From NCBI RefSeq assembly GCF_001194135.2, contig NC_068983.1:51708131-51750100 (forward strand): a stretch of 41,970 bases of DNA, written 5' to 3'. This document shows, one piece after another, positions 10,698 through 21,681 of the stretch. The notes under the pieces were generated by a model. It saw only the letters and a list, made by a program, of their open reading frames with translations, ran no database searches and had not been told where the DNA came from. Position numbers and translations under genes: made by a program. Within the stretch, counting starts at the first letter, position 1. Each line of letters begins with the position of its first letter. This DNA is from Octopus bimaculoides (taxonomy: Eukaryota).

Positions 10698-11071
10698 TAA
10701 AGGATATCGAAGATTAGTCTTTGATAAGCGTATCAGCGGAAAGGTTAGACAGTGTCATGTGACAACTTGCTGGGGCTGCCTACTGGACCCTAGCAGCGGC
10801 AAATTTAGACAGTGTCACGTGACAACTTGCTGGGGCAGGGAATAGAAGAAAGAAGACATGCACCCAACACCAGAGCTGAAGACAACACCGAAAGCGGGGG
10901 GCCCGCCACGTCAAAACGGTAGAGGAGTAGGGGCTGAAACCGGACGTGGTTCCTCCTGATGACGTCTTGAGCTAACTGGATCCTATAAGGGAGCTGTTGT
11001 GGTAGCAGACCACGAAACATGGTTGAAATTCCTTCCTAAAGGATATCGCAGATTAGTCTTTGATAAGCGTA
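10698..11071 (+). mobile_element. Direct-repeat-bounded element with degenerate hammerhead core (Penelope pseudo-LTR / retrozyme-like)
   Basis: 35-bp direct repeats TAAAGGATATCG(A/C)AGATTAGTCTTTGATAAGCGTA at 10698-10732 and 11037-11071 (1 mismatch). Internal duplication at 10734-10776 and 10794-10836. CTGATGA at 10956-10962 and GAAACATGGTT at 11014-11024. Confidence 0.5.
10956..11024 (+). ncRNA. Degenerate hammerhead-ribozyme-like motif
   Basis: Core boxes CUGAUGA and GAAAC lie in the correct order. The intervening sequence can fold (GTCT/AGAC, GCTA/TAGC, TCCT-ataa-GGGA). Near-palindromic minimal stem III (ACATG-GT) with a GUU triplet. Stem I is weak and there is a 3-nt insertion before GAAA. 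Confidence 0.35.
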
Positions 11072-11459
11072 ACAGGTTCCACATTTGAGCGCGCCGTGTT
11101 ATCATTGATAAACGGTGAATGAATAACTAATATACAAGGTTGCATGTACTCTGCCATAAATACTTTATTTATCAACTTAATAATTTAGGCTGGAATATGT
11201 AGCGTCTTTCCCAACCGTCCCCATACCGAACGGGAAATACCTGGGCGTAAGATGACAGAATTCAAATGACACAAAAATGCTAATTCCATAATCTTGAATC
11301 ACCGAATACTATGAACCTGATTTGGAGAAATTTTAGGATAGTATTTTATAGACATAGAATATTGTTTTCAACTTTTGACTCACGAGCAGCAAATTCGCGG
11401 AGCGGGAACGTCGAAGACATCGTCCGCAGTAATCACCTGGTACTGGTTTTGTATACCCT

Positions 11460-11800
11460 GAATGGGAAGAAAAACATGCTCAACTTCGACGGAACTAGAA
11501 TGCAGAACGTAAACACAGTCGAAACGCCGCTAATCAAGTTCTACGACGTTCTAACAATTCTGCTCGTTAACGACTTTAAGAAAAATAAAATATTGGTTCG
11601 AAATTTTGGTCAGCCAGTTCGGCGGTATGGTCGTCGAGTACATCAACGCCCACCAACCAAGCTTTCAACTGGTCCTTATTTTATCAACCCCGAAAGGATG
11701 AAAGGCAAAGGCAACCGCTGTGATTTTTTAACCCAGAACATAGAGGTCAAGATGCCTCTTAGCACAGCGTACAAACGATTCTGCAAGCTCGGTGCCCTCA
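11460..11800 (-). mobile_element. Two degraded SINE family C fragments
   Basis: Plus strand shows reverse-complement hallmarks CAGAACGTAAA...GAAACGCCGCTAA (~11500-11535) and GGTTCGAAATTTTGG...CCTTATTTTATCAACCCCGAAAGGATGAAAGGCAAAG (11596-11710). Confidence 0.75.
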
Positions 11801-12229
11801 GAACCATAAAAATATCGAAGCGATTTGTTATGCTACGTCAACGTAACTGTCTATGGAAATAGTGGGGAAGATGTTGTAAAAGCTTTTATTGTTTTAAAAC
11901 GGTGTTTATAAAGATTTAGAGCATTTAATTTTTATTCGTGCTTTGCTAAAACTAGAAAGACAGGTGACGTATGTTGAGTATATTTACATACAAGATAATA
12001 ATGTACAGCGCTGTTTATCAATTTGAACTCAATAAAGAATTTTCTCTGTATATATATCAGTCTGCATCTCTGAGAATTTCTCCCTATTTCACTCTCTACT
12101 TACTGGAATAAATGTGCTATCTTTAGAAATATAACGGCTTTGACTCCCCTTTCTCTCTCCTTCTCCCCTTCTTTTATCGTCTCTTACCTTCTAACCTTCA
12201 CTGTCATTCTATATATATATATATCTCAC

Positions 12230-12231
<2 letters not shown>

Positions 12232-12316
<85 letters not shown>
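12232..12316. repeat. (TG)n microsatellite (~42 units)
   Basis: Directly visible. Confidence 0.98.
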
Positions 12317-12319
<3 letters not shown>

Positions 12320-12521
12320 GGAGAACACTTAATTTTCACAAAATTACGGCAGAGCTTTTCTGAATTGTTTCATGAGATATTTCACAATTTCAGCTAAGAA
12401 ACAAACGCAAGTGGATAACATGACTTATTCGACACAGACCAAATATGGCGAACATAGCAGGAGAATAACAAAGCGGTTACACATAGTTTAGACAAACCTG
12501 CTTAAATCATCTCACCTTATA

Positions 12522-12758
12522 CTGTCATCCCTCGCCATATCGCGGTTTACCTACCGCGGTTCACTTATCGCAGCTTATTATTTAAGCTTACGTCGATTTC
12601 TCCGTGGTGCTGCTTTGCATTTATAATAAAATAGATATATACAAATTATAAAAGTAAGTTTTAAAAATATACAGCACAATACTGTTTCTACTTCGCGGAT
12701 TTTCGCCTATCGCGGGTCATTTACGAACGTAACACCCGCGATAGTCGAGAGATTACTG
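12522..12758. mobile_element. pogo/Tigger-type MITE, copy 1
   Basis: TA-flanked, with TIR-like ends CTGTCATCCCTCG and CGAGAGATTACTG. The internal sequence (TTATTATTTAAGCTTACGTCGATT...CTGTTTCTACTTCG) is shared with 14519-14742. Confidence 0.85.
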
Positions 12759-13030
12759 TACACGAAATCAGTTGTTCTTGTCTCTGCCAAATATGCTACA
12801 TAGGTTTTTGGCATATCAAGATGACTTGGTTACAACTTTACACTCAATAAATATTTTATTGCATGTATATATGCATGTATATATTCTTGGTGTATTTGTA
12901 GAATATAATTTGCGATGCGTAAATATAATACCGGTGTACGCTTCTTCACAGAATATAATTCCAAACTACAGATCTCTGGATAATGGACGTAGCACATTTC
13001 CACGACGCCACTCTGTTCAAAGTCGACTTC

Positions 13031-13107
13031 GGTGGTTTTGAACTCAGAACGTAGTGAAATGCTCTTTCGCGTTTCGTCTGCCCAGTAACGAATCTTCCAG
13101 CTCCTCG
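13031..13107 (-). mobile_element. SINE family C 5' fragment
   Basis: TTTGAACTCAGAACGTAG...GTAACGAATCTTCCAGCTC matches the reverse complement of the family C head. Confidence 0.65.
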
Positions 13108-13369
13108 ACTTTTCTTAGTTAATAAGCAAGTACACATTTATATCTATTACAGAGAGTGTATTTAACTTCCCCAAGAAATTTCTATATAATATAACTGGAC
13201 TTTATTGAAGGGTTTATGTCCAGTGGTGTGTGAGAAAACAGCATAATCCGTCTTCATTCCATGAAGAATTAATGAAAATTAGACGTAATGACAATGAATA
13301 AATTATAAATAGATGAAAAAAAAAAGATATATAAACCACATAAAATTGTTTATACCAGAATATGTAGAG

Positions 13370-13660
13370 TGGAAGAGAGCGAGAGAGAGTGATGGAGAAA
13401 GAGAGAGAGAGATGGAGAGAGATACATAGTTACGTAAATTGATAAAAATTCATTTTTTGGCAAAACACCAATTGCTTTAGAGTTGGATTTGCTCCAAACT
13501 ATAAAACCTGATTTAATACTTGTAAATATTTTATTGACTTCGAGCGGAATTCGATTTTAAACAGAGAGAGAGAGGGGGGAGGGAGAGAAAGGGAGAAAGG
13601 AAGACAGGGAGAGAGGGGGAGAGGCAGGGTGAAAAGAAGAAAGATACAGAGAGAGTGCGA
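13370..13660. repeat. Two degenerate (GA)n purine-rich tracts separated by ordinary AT-rich sequence
   Basis: GA-rich runs at ~13370-13422 and ~13562-13660. Confidence 0.85.
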
Positions 13661-14518
13661 GTGAGTGATTAATTGTGTGTGTGCATGGGGTGTTTGTATG
13701 TATTATTAAATGTCTATGAAATTTAGTCAGTCAACGTACGTTATAACAACTGTCAACTACAGTTAAAATCTCTCTAACCCATACTCAGAAATATATAAAC
13801 ACGCCACTGTATATGTAGGTGTGTGTGTATCTCTGTGAGTATGCGTGCATGCATCATATGCGTACACATATTCTTGCAAATGCATAGGCACACACATACT
13901 ATATAATTCTATATTCTTTGTTTATTTAAAAATCATATACACGAGGGAATGACAATACGATATATACATAATAAATGACAATTATGATACTCCCCAGTTG
14001 CCACATTATCTAATCACACATATATTTGAGTAGAAGAAACGGTGGGAGGGTTGGTGTTAGTACGAAGTATCCGAAGGGGATGAGAAAAGAAAGACTCTAA
14101 CGCGATACAAAAACATTGGAATTGACAGAGAGTGGCAGGGGGACGCTAATGATAAACGTTGATAGACGTCACTTAGTGCAACTATGATACATATATCGCT
14201 GGCGCACCCGCACACGAGGCTGTGTGGTTGTTTTCAGCAACACTAGCTTCAGTATTCATTCTCACATTGTGTGAAATGAGAGCATGATATAACCGAGGAC
14301 TCCTTGAAACAATATCCTCAAGAAGCGCATCTTACACTTTTGATGGATGATAATGATTGCACAATATATTAATGATATCATCACACTAATGTACGACGAG
14401 CGTAAAAATGTGTCAAAACAATTCTAGTCATGTTTAAATAAGGAACACCATGCAGTCCTGTTTCTAGTATTCTTGTATTCATATAAACTGTAAGGATACT
14501 ATTGGAATTACAGATGTA

Positions 14519-14742
14519 CAGTAATCCCTTACGATATCGCGATTCACCTATCGCGGTTTATTATTTAAGCTTACGTCGATTCTTCCGTGGTGTTGTTTTG
14601 CATTTCTAATAAAATAAATATATGCAAATTATAAACATAATAAAAAAAATATATGCACATACAGTGCTGTTTCTACTTCGAGGATTTTCAACGATTGCAG
14701 GGATTTTGGAAAGTAACATCCGTGATAGTTGAGGGATTACTG
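14519..14742. mobile_element. pogo/Tigger-type MITE, copy 2
   Basis: TA + CAGTAATCCCT ... AGGGATTACTG + TA (perfect 11-bp TIR). Homologous to 12522-12758 in the same orientation. Confidence 0.9.
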
Positions 14743-15051
14743 TATATTCAACAGCAAGAGCATTCACTCTACGAAGACATCCTTGTANNNNNNNNNNNNN
14801 NNNNNNNNNNNNNNNNNNNNNNNNNNNNNNNNNNNNNNNNNNNNNNNNNNNNNNNNNNNNNNNNNNNNNNNNNNNNNNNNNNNNNNNNNNNNNNNNNNNN
14901 NNNNNNNNNNNNNNNNNNNNNNNNNNNNNNNNNNNNNNNNNNNNNNNNNNNNNNNNNNNNNNNNNNNNNNNNNNNNNNNNNNNNNNNNNNNNNNNNNNNN
15001 NNNNNNNNNNNNNNNNNNNNNNNNNNNNNNNNNNNNNNNNNNNNNNNNNNN

Positions 15052-15190
15052 AGACCGTAGGCTAGAAACGTAAAATCTTTCTCACTTTCTCGAGCGTCAA
15101 ACTAATACACCTCCTTGTTGATCATATAGTTTATACACTTGTCTTCGACTTTTGTTTTCCTTTAAATTTCAGCTAAATATTTATACATAT
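15052..15190 (+). mobile_element. Probable Penelope-type terminal repeat fragment, 5' part hidden in gap
   Basis: Begins AGACCGTAGGCTAGAAACGTAAAA, which looks like the 3' half of a minimal hammerhead (GAAACGUH), followed by a T-rich tract. The family is recognised from memory only. Confidence 0.35.
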
Positions 15191-15694
15191 AGTCGAAACT
15201 TTCTAGTGTATATATGAGTAGTATGATTCTTTTTTTTTTTTTTTTCACTTTCCCTCATATATTTTTTGTAAGCGGAAATTATTACCGAGGCGGAAAAGAG
15301 TAATTTGGTGTCGGCAATTTGAGCAACGTGAAACGTTGAGGGATTTATCTTCGTGCATGATTAAAGTAAATTGTATTACTTTTGTGCAGTGTACCTAGTT
15401 GATAAGGACTCCCAAATAAAACTATAGACGCATCACGTTCGAACCCACCGAAGGTACAAATAAATGCATATATCTCCAGGAAAACAACGAATGTTTCCAA
15501 GATACAATGTGCAAGTGGTAAACACCACGCTATCAATTCTCATACACGAAGGAAGTACTGGTAAAATACGTCCATGGTTAGAAGAAACAGTAAAACAAGA
15601 AATGTTCAAATAAACAAAGAAACGAAGTCAGACATGCTGCAGTTCCAGATTGAATGTTCAGAACATAAAGAATTTATATTATTCGTTTGACTTC

Positions 15695-15795
15695 AAGGCT
15701 TTTTGTGTTCAATTCTCACCACCGTCAGTTTGGTCTTTCATCTTTTCATCGTCTGTTAATAAAATATCGGCCGTGTATTCTAGTCAATATCTGCT
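15695..15795 (+). mobile_element. SINE family C fragment (degraded)
   Basis: TGTTCAATTCTCACCACCGTCAGTTTGGTCTTTCATC...AATAAAATATC aligns to the family C B-box and central region. Confidence 0.55.
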
Positions 15796-15964
15796 GTGTC
15801 TCTGTTAGTTGAAATAAATTGAATATGATTAGAACGAGGTTTTCAGGGATTATACGCCCAAGAGATACTGTAGAAACGACAGCCCTGCTTCGATACATCA
15901 GGACATGAGTGCACTAAGCAACGCAACAAACTGAGACATGTATGCTTTGTACTTTAGGCAGAAA

Positions 15965-16165
15965 ACCTGAAATTGTGGAAGTGGAGTTTCATCGATTACA
16001 TCCACACTAATGGGTGACTACTACTTTATTTTTATTCATCCAGAATCGATGAAAGTTAAATTCGTTCGCGGCGGAATTTGAACTCAGAATGTAAAATCAA
16101 ATGAAAGGCCGCTAAACCTTTTGTCCAGTATGCCTATGACTGTGACAGCTCGCAGTTTTAAACTC
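15965..16165 (-). mobile_element. SINE family C
   Basis: TCGATTACATC...CTACTTTATTTT...GAAAG...GGCGGAATTTGAACTCAGAATGTAAA...CCGCTAAAC. Confidence 0.8.
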
Positions 16166-16596
16166 AGCCATATATATACAATGAATAATACTCCAGACTC
16201 TAGTCCTGTTACAAAAAATTACACACGGTGTAAGTTGAATTATATGCATCATATGGACATTAACCATAGGAGAGATGGACACATGAAAGAAAATAGAAAT
16301 TTCATAGCGCCAAATGAGGATCTACTTCTCATGTGAGTTAAACACTAAAAGAAATTATTTTTATCTATACTTCACACGCACGCCAATCTACCAACAAGCT
16401 ACTTATGACAAGAGTGGTTTATATTGACGACAGCAATCGCAGAATTTTATAGTTCGCTACTGCAGCTGTTATGCTGGTCATACAATTACGGCGCATTCCC
16501 AACACTTTACCATGCCATTGGTAAGAAGCATTTTCAAAGCACAAAACCGTGCATCTAGTTAGCAATGCATTAGAAGAAACAAAATTAGGTAATCAT

Positions 16597-16811
16597 TGGT
16601 TTTCAAATTTTGGTAAGAGGCCAGGAATTATATGGGTGTTGATAGTCGATTGCATCAACTCCAGTGCTTGACTGGCACTTATTTTATAGAACCAGAAGTG
16701 GTGAAAGCCAAATTCGACCTCAGCAGAATTTCAATGCAGAAGGCAAAGCCGCACGAAACACCGCTAAACATTTTACCCGGCGCCCTCACGATCCCACTAG
16801 CTCACCACCTA
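16597..16811 (-). mobile_element. SINE family C
   Basis: GGTTTTCAAATTTTGG...AGTCGATTGCATCAACTCCAGTGCTTGACTGGCACTTATTTTAT...CCGCTAAACATTTTACCCGGCG...AGCTCACCACC. Accounts for ORF 16632-16937. Confidence 0.85.
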
Positions 16812-17117
16812 AAACGTAGATGGTTATTGACAAATAACAAGGTATATTTTGAAAATAACTATACAAGCAACGTAAACATTTCACAAACAAAATGTTCTCC
16901 TTTAATGACGTATAAATATAAAGGTCAGCAAATATAACTCGACACACATCTCTGCATTTGTCCAACAAACTGCGTTGCACAAGACACCAAGTTCTTATCA
17001 CGTTGATGAGGCTATGATATCGTAGAAATAATGATGGTGAGACTATGAATATTGGCGTTTGAATTGAAGAATAGCGTACACAAGTGATTTCAAATATACT
17101 AAACGTGCACAATACAC

Positions 17118-17158
<41 letters not shown>

Positions 17159-17159
<1 letters not shown>

Positions 17160-17335
17160 CCGCAGGCGTGACTGCACAGTAAAAAAGTTTGCTTCCCTAC
17201 AAAATGGTTTTGGGTTCAGTCCCATTGCGTGACACCTTGGACAAGTGTTTTCTACTATAGCCACGGGCCGACCAAAGCCTTGTGAGTGGATTTGGTGGAC
17301 GGAAACTGAAAACACGTTTGTCGTATATGTGTGTG
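17159..17335 (+). mobile_element. SINE family A, 3'-truncated
   Basis: GCCGCAGGCGTGACTG...GGGTTCAGTCCCATTGCGTGACACCTTGGACAAGTG...AAAGCCTTGTGAGTGGATTTGG; directly follows a (TA)n run. Confidence 0.88.
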
Positions 17336-18020
17336 TGTGTTTGTACTTACAATTCTGTTTGGGAAAAATTTACAACCGGATTAAACCGTTTCAAAATTGA
17401 CTTTGCTTACATGTTACGAAATAGGTCAATACTACAGCCATCATTTCATAGGTAGTCACTTTACCCAATGCCTTTCGAATGAAGAGGCCCTTTGTCAGTC
17501 GCTTTACCTCTTTTAGTTTCGCGTTTATTAGTGAAATATTAGTACAACATTTTCTTGAGTTGCGTCGGATAATCTGTAACGATTACCACTTTTGTGCATT
17601 GAGGGCTCCAGATACATCTTAGAAAATTAACCTACGTCAAGATGCGCTGCAGAGAGGATAATACCAGCGTTATTTATGAATATGTCTTACATGATTATTA
17701 CACAACATCAGGTTCAATGGAGAAGAAATATCGGACGAAATCGAGGTCATTGATTTTCTAAGCAACAATTCATACGCACACGCATAGGCACGCACACACA
17801 CACGCGCACACACACACACATATGCACGCTCACTGACGCACTCATGCAAAAAAACATACACATGTATAGACATGAATGTATATGTTTGTCTGTAGACAGA
17901 GAGAACGATAGAAAAAAGTATGTGAGACGCACACGATACACATACACTCAAAGATAAAAGCGCACTGACACACAGATATATTGATATATGTATACATGTG
18001 TGTGTGGTGAGTGCGTGTGC

Positions 18021-18060
<40 letters not shown>

Positions 18061-20330
18061 GTATAGAGATATACATCAAGCCACTGTTTTTAAATGTTCC
18101 CCTTAGCTTTTCACTCATGTTTCAAACGAATTATTGGGAAAGAATATTAAGAAAATTATCATAGAAATAACAATGCGTCTATTATGCTCGCAAAATACCG
18201 AGATATGCTTTCATGATTTATCAGCAAGTAAACTAAAGTGTATTGCAATGATAAAAGCGAATTGTGATTCTGAAGAATAAAAAGGGAGAAAGAATCAATA
18301 GCGAAGGTAGCTTATAATTATATGCATACTACCGCATTGTAAATTAATAGTTATGTACCCACAAACAATATATACTGCTTCTTCAAAGAATCAAAAAAAT
18401 ATTCCATATGAGGGAAATTAATGCAATTTGCATGATTCGATGTTCCCAAGGTAGGACAGAAGTATTATAATTCGAAGATCAATGTGGAGACACATTCGTA
18501 ATTTGATTGGTCGGCAAAATACTGCTATTGAATATGAATGTGCCACTAGATATTCAAGATCTGAATACTGTATGAAGTTGTGCAGGCAATTTTAACAAAG
18601 GAAAAAAAATTGTGTTATATTTCCTTGTTTTAATTTTTTTTGTTTCATTTTTAACACAACGGAAATCGAGAAACCCATTTCCAAACGCGGGTATTGGTGG
18701 GAATTAAATAAAACCAATTTATTCTAACACACAATGTGTGTTTGTTTGTAAGCGTGTTCTTTTCTGTGTGAGCATGAGTGTTCGTGTATGAATTGCATTT
18801 TATTTGTTCCTATTGTGGTACGAACAAAATAAAGACATGTCTATACGTCTTGTAGCCTGTATATACCTAATAACATAAAATTGACTATTTTTCCTTTACG
18901 TAAAATTTTACTCCAGAGAAGTATTCATCGGAGAACATATTTTCGATGAAATCCTTTAAAATGCAACGGAATTACTTTTGATGTTCAATACCGTGGAATG
19001 CCATGTAACAAAGGTCTTATTCATTTTATTCATTTACACTCCGCATGTCAATCCTCTTTATTTCACACTTCATTGCTCCCATGTGAAATTATGTTGCACG
19101 ACAACCTTTTCTATCGTAATCTTTTTAATATAAAGTTTTGTTATGGACACTGTACGGTTCTAGCCTACACTGTTGTCTTTTGTTTGTTTTATTATATAAT
19201 ATTTAATGTTCTTTTATGTATTCTGTAGTATATTCATGGGTCCAAGTCATTAGCGTTTCCTTACCTATACCAGTCTACATTAAACGGTGGTATTCCTCTC
19301 GTTTTCTTGGCTGAAATCATACTGATGCTAAAACATTTTAATCACTGTTTTAGAAACTAACTATTAAATGTTTTCGCTCTCCGAATGAATTTCACTCTCG
19401 TCCCACATTTTAAAAACATTACTTAACGATATGGTTAGAAGAACTTATTTAATCCGAGAAAGAATAAACTTCACCGAAACTTCCAATTTCCACCTTTTTG
19501 GATTCGAGTATAAATGCCCATTTCTAAATCTTTTAAAGCTATTAGTACTAGATCAAGCAGCATGGGAAACGATACAGAAAATGTAAAACAGTTTTAAATC
19601 ACTACTTACGAATGTCCTATATTCATTTATTGGAAGGCGTTTCATAACCTTGTTGGAAAAGAATTTCTCAAACAGTCACTGATGCCAATCTAAGAATTAA
19701 AGTTAATACCTGAATCAAAGATCACGGACATCTAAGTAGTTACGGTATATTGAAAAGTACACGTTGATAGCCTCTTCAAAACATTACGTCAACTCCAAAA
19801 ATGAAGATCATACAAACTACACACACTTATCGAGGTGTCAATTAAAAGAGAATTTGCATATCGAGAGCCAAATCTTCAAACCATGCAGACCTTATATAAA
19901 TTAACATGACAAAACTGAGAATGCACTCTTTACTTAGATGCGCCCATTATAATTTCTTTCGCGTTTTTCTTAATTTTTTCCGTTGATATGATATCTGATG
20001 AACCCAAGCATTTTTTATGGACTTGCATATAGCCTCAAACAGAGATCTTAGCATCGGGATTCTATTGGCATTCATAGAATTGCACTACTCCTTTCTTTTG
20101 ATAAGCAAGAGCATTAATTCGCAATAGGTTTATGAAGCATTGATTTCGAAATACAGCTCATATCTGAAGAACAGTGGCACTTCTACATTCGATAATACAA
20201 ATTTATTATGCTTCGCGCTCTATATCTGGCTCAAGCCATTAGCTACTATGCAAGTATTTTAACATCTATACTCCAGCCTCTCTGTATGTATGTGTAAATG
20301 TGTGTATATGCGCACGTGTGTACGTATGTG

Positions 20331-20382
<52 letters not shown>

Positions 20383-21613
20383 TGTGTACTCTGTATTAAC
20401 AACAAACAGATTCGGAAGAAATATGTGATGCCAAATTGAAAGAAATGGCATTCGCAAAGTACATTACTGTAAACGTGATTGAGTAACGGATGCAAATTTA
20501 GAATTTCATGGCGCTTACATTCATTTACATTACGAATAACAATAACGTATTTAAATAAAAGTAATCGCTTCAATTTTCTTTCTATCCGTGCAGGCATTGA
20601 AATTGGTTACAATGCAACCCGGATTTAAATGAATTAAATCTTCAAAGTAGTGATATTTTTTTCTTCATACTGATGACAGCCAACTTTGATGCTGAAGTCC
20701 AAACCTTTTAAAAAATGGTTTAAATGATCGAGATAATCTAAAACGATAAAGTAAATGAGAGTGATTGCATTGTTTTTATTGAACTATTCATGAAAATAAA
20801 CATTTATGTTAAAGTAACTTGATCCATAAAATTAATTATACGGCACGCAAGTAGTTAAAGTTTGCTATCATTTATCTCATAAACAAAAGAGTAAAGAAAA
20901 TTGTATGCAGCTGTAATCATTCTTCGGAAGAGCTTTTGTAATGATGTAATTAACAGAGGCTATTTAAGATATCTACGTAGTGTGGCCCAACGCTAAATGA
21001 AACTGTTTTTATTATGGATTTACAAGGTCTCTATGAGTGCGCAACTTTTCTCTTTGAATAGCTTTAAATTATATTATTCATATATTAAACAGTTGATGAC
21101 AGGCAATAACTTTGTCGATTCCAGGCAGACCAATATTGGAAGTGATTGACGTGGGTGATGTATGACTTAAACATATGTATGACAAGTTTATGGAAATCAT
21201 TGACGGAAGGGATTTGCTGAAGTTTACAAGTTTAGGATGAATATATATTGGAATAATAAGTGCTAAATCCAGCTTTCAAAAATGTTGATTTATGAGTAGT
21301 AGGTGAATCAAATCTTCCATAATTAATCAACGTACTTCTGCCGTCTAGAGGATAAGGTACTGTCGGAAAACTTACGTCGTATGAATAGTACACTATAAGC
21401 AACGTGAGCATTCGTCGGTGTTTTAGATAGTTTCTTTCCCATGTTTTACCGGATATTGCCTATGATATCTATGATACTAGATTTTTGCATGAATAATAAA
21501 CGTGTGTCTCAAATTAGCTTTCTACATCTAAATAAAAATTAGGATTTGCTTGCATAAGTACTATGTGTGTGTCTGTGTGTACGTATGTATTTATGAGTAT
21601 ATATGTCTGTGTC

Positions 21614-21681
<68 letters not shown>

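Noticed and set aside
10876-10908. CTGAAGA-CAACACC-GAAA-GCGGG-GGG-CCCGC as another hammerhead
   Set aside because: Stem II cannot pair, the cleavage-site U is missing, and there is no stem I.
10805-11020. 71-aa minus-strand ORF inside the direct-repeat element
   Set aside because: Short GC-rich antisense frame with no recognisable motif.
10698-11071. CRISPR-like array (35-bp repeats)
   Set aside because: Only two copies, 339 bp apart, in a eukaryotic context with no cas genes.
11311-11862. 183-aa ORF, the longest gap-free plus-strand ORF
   Set aside because: Largely a read-through of antisense SINE C fragments (PYFINPERMKGK is SINE-derived).
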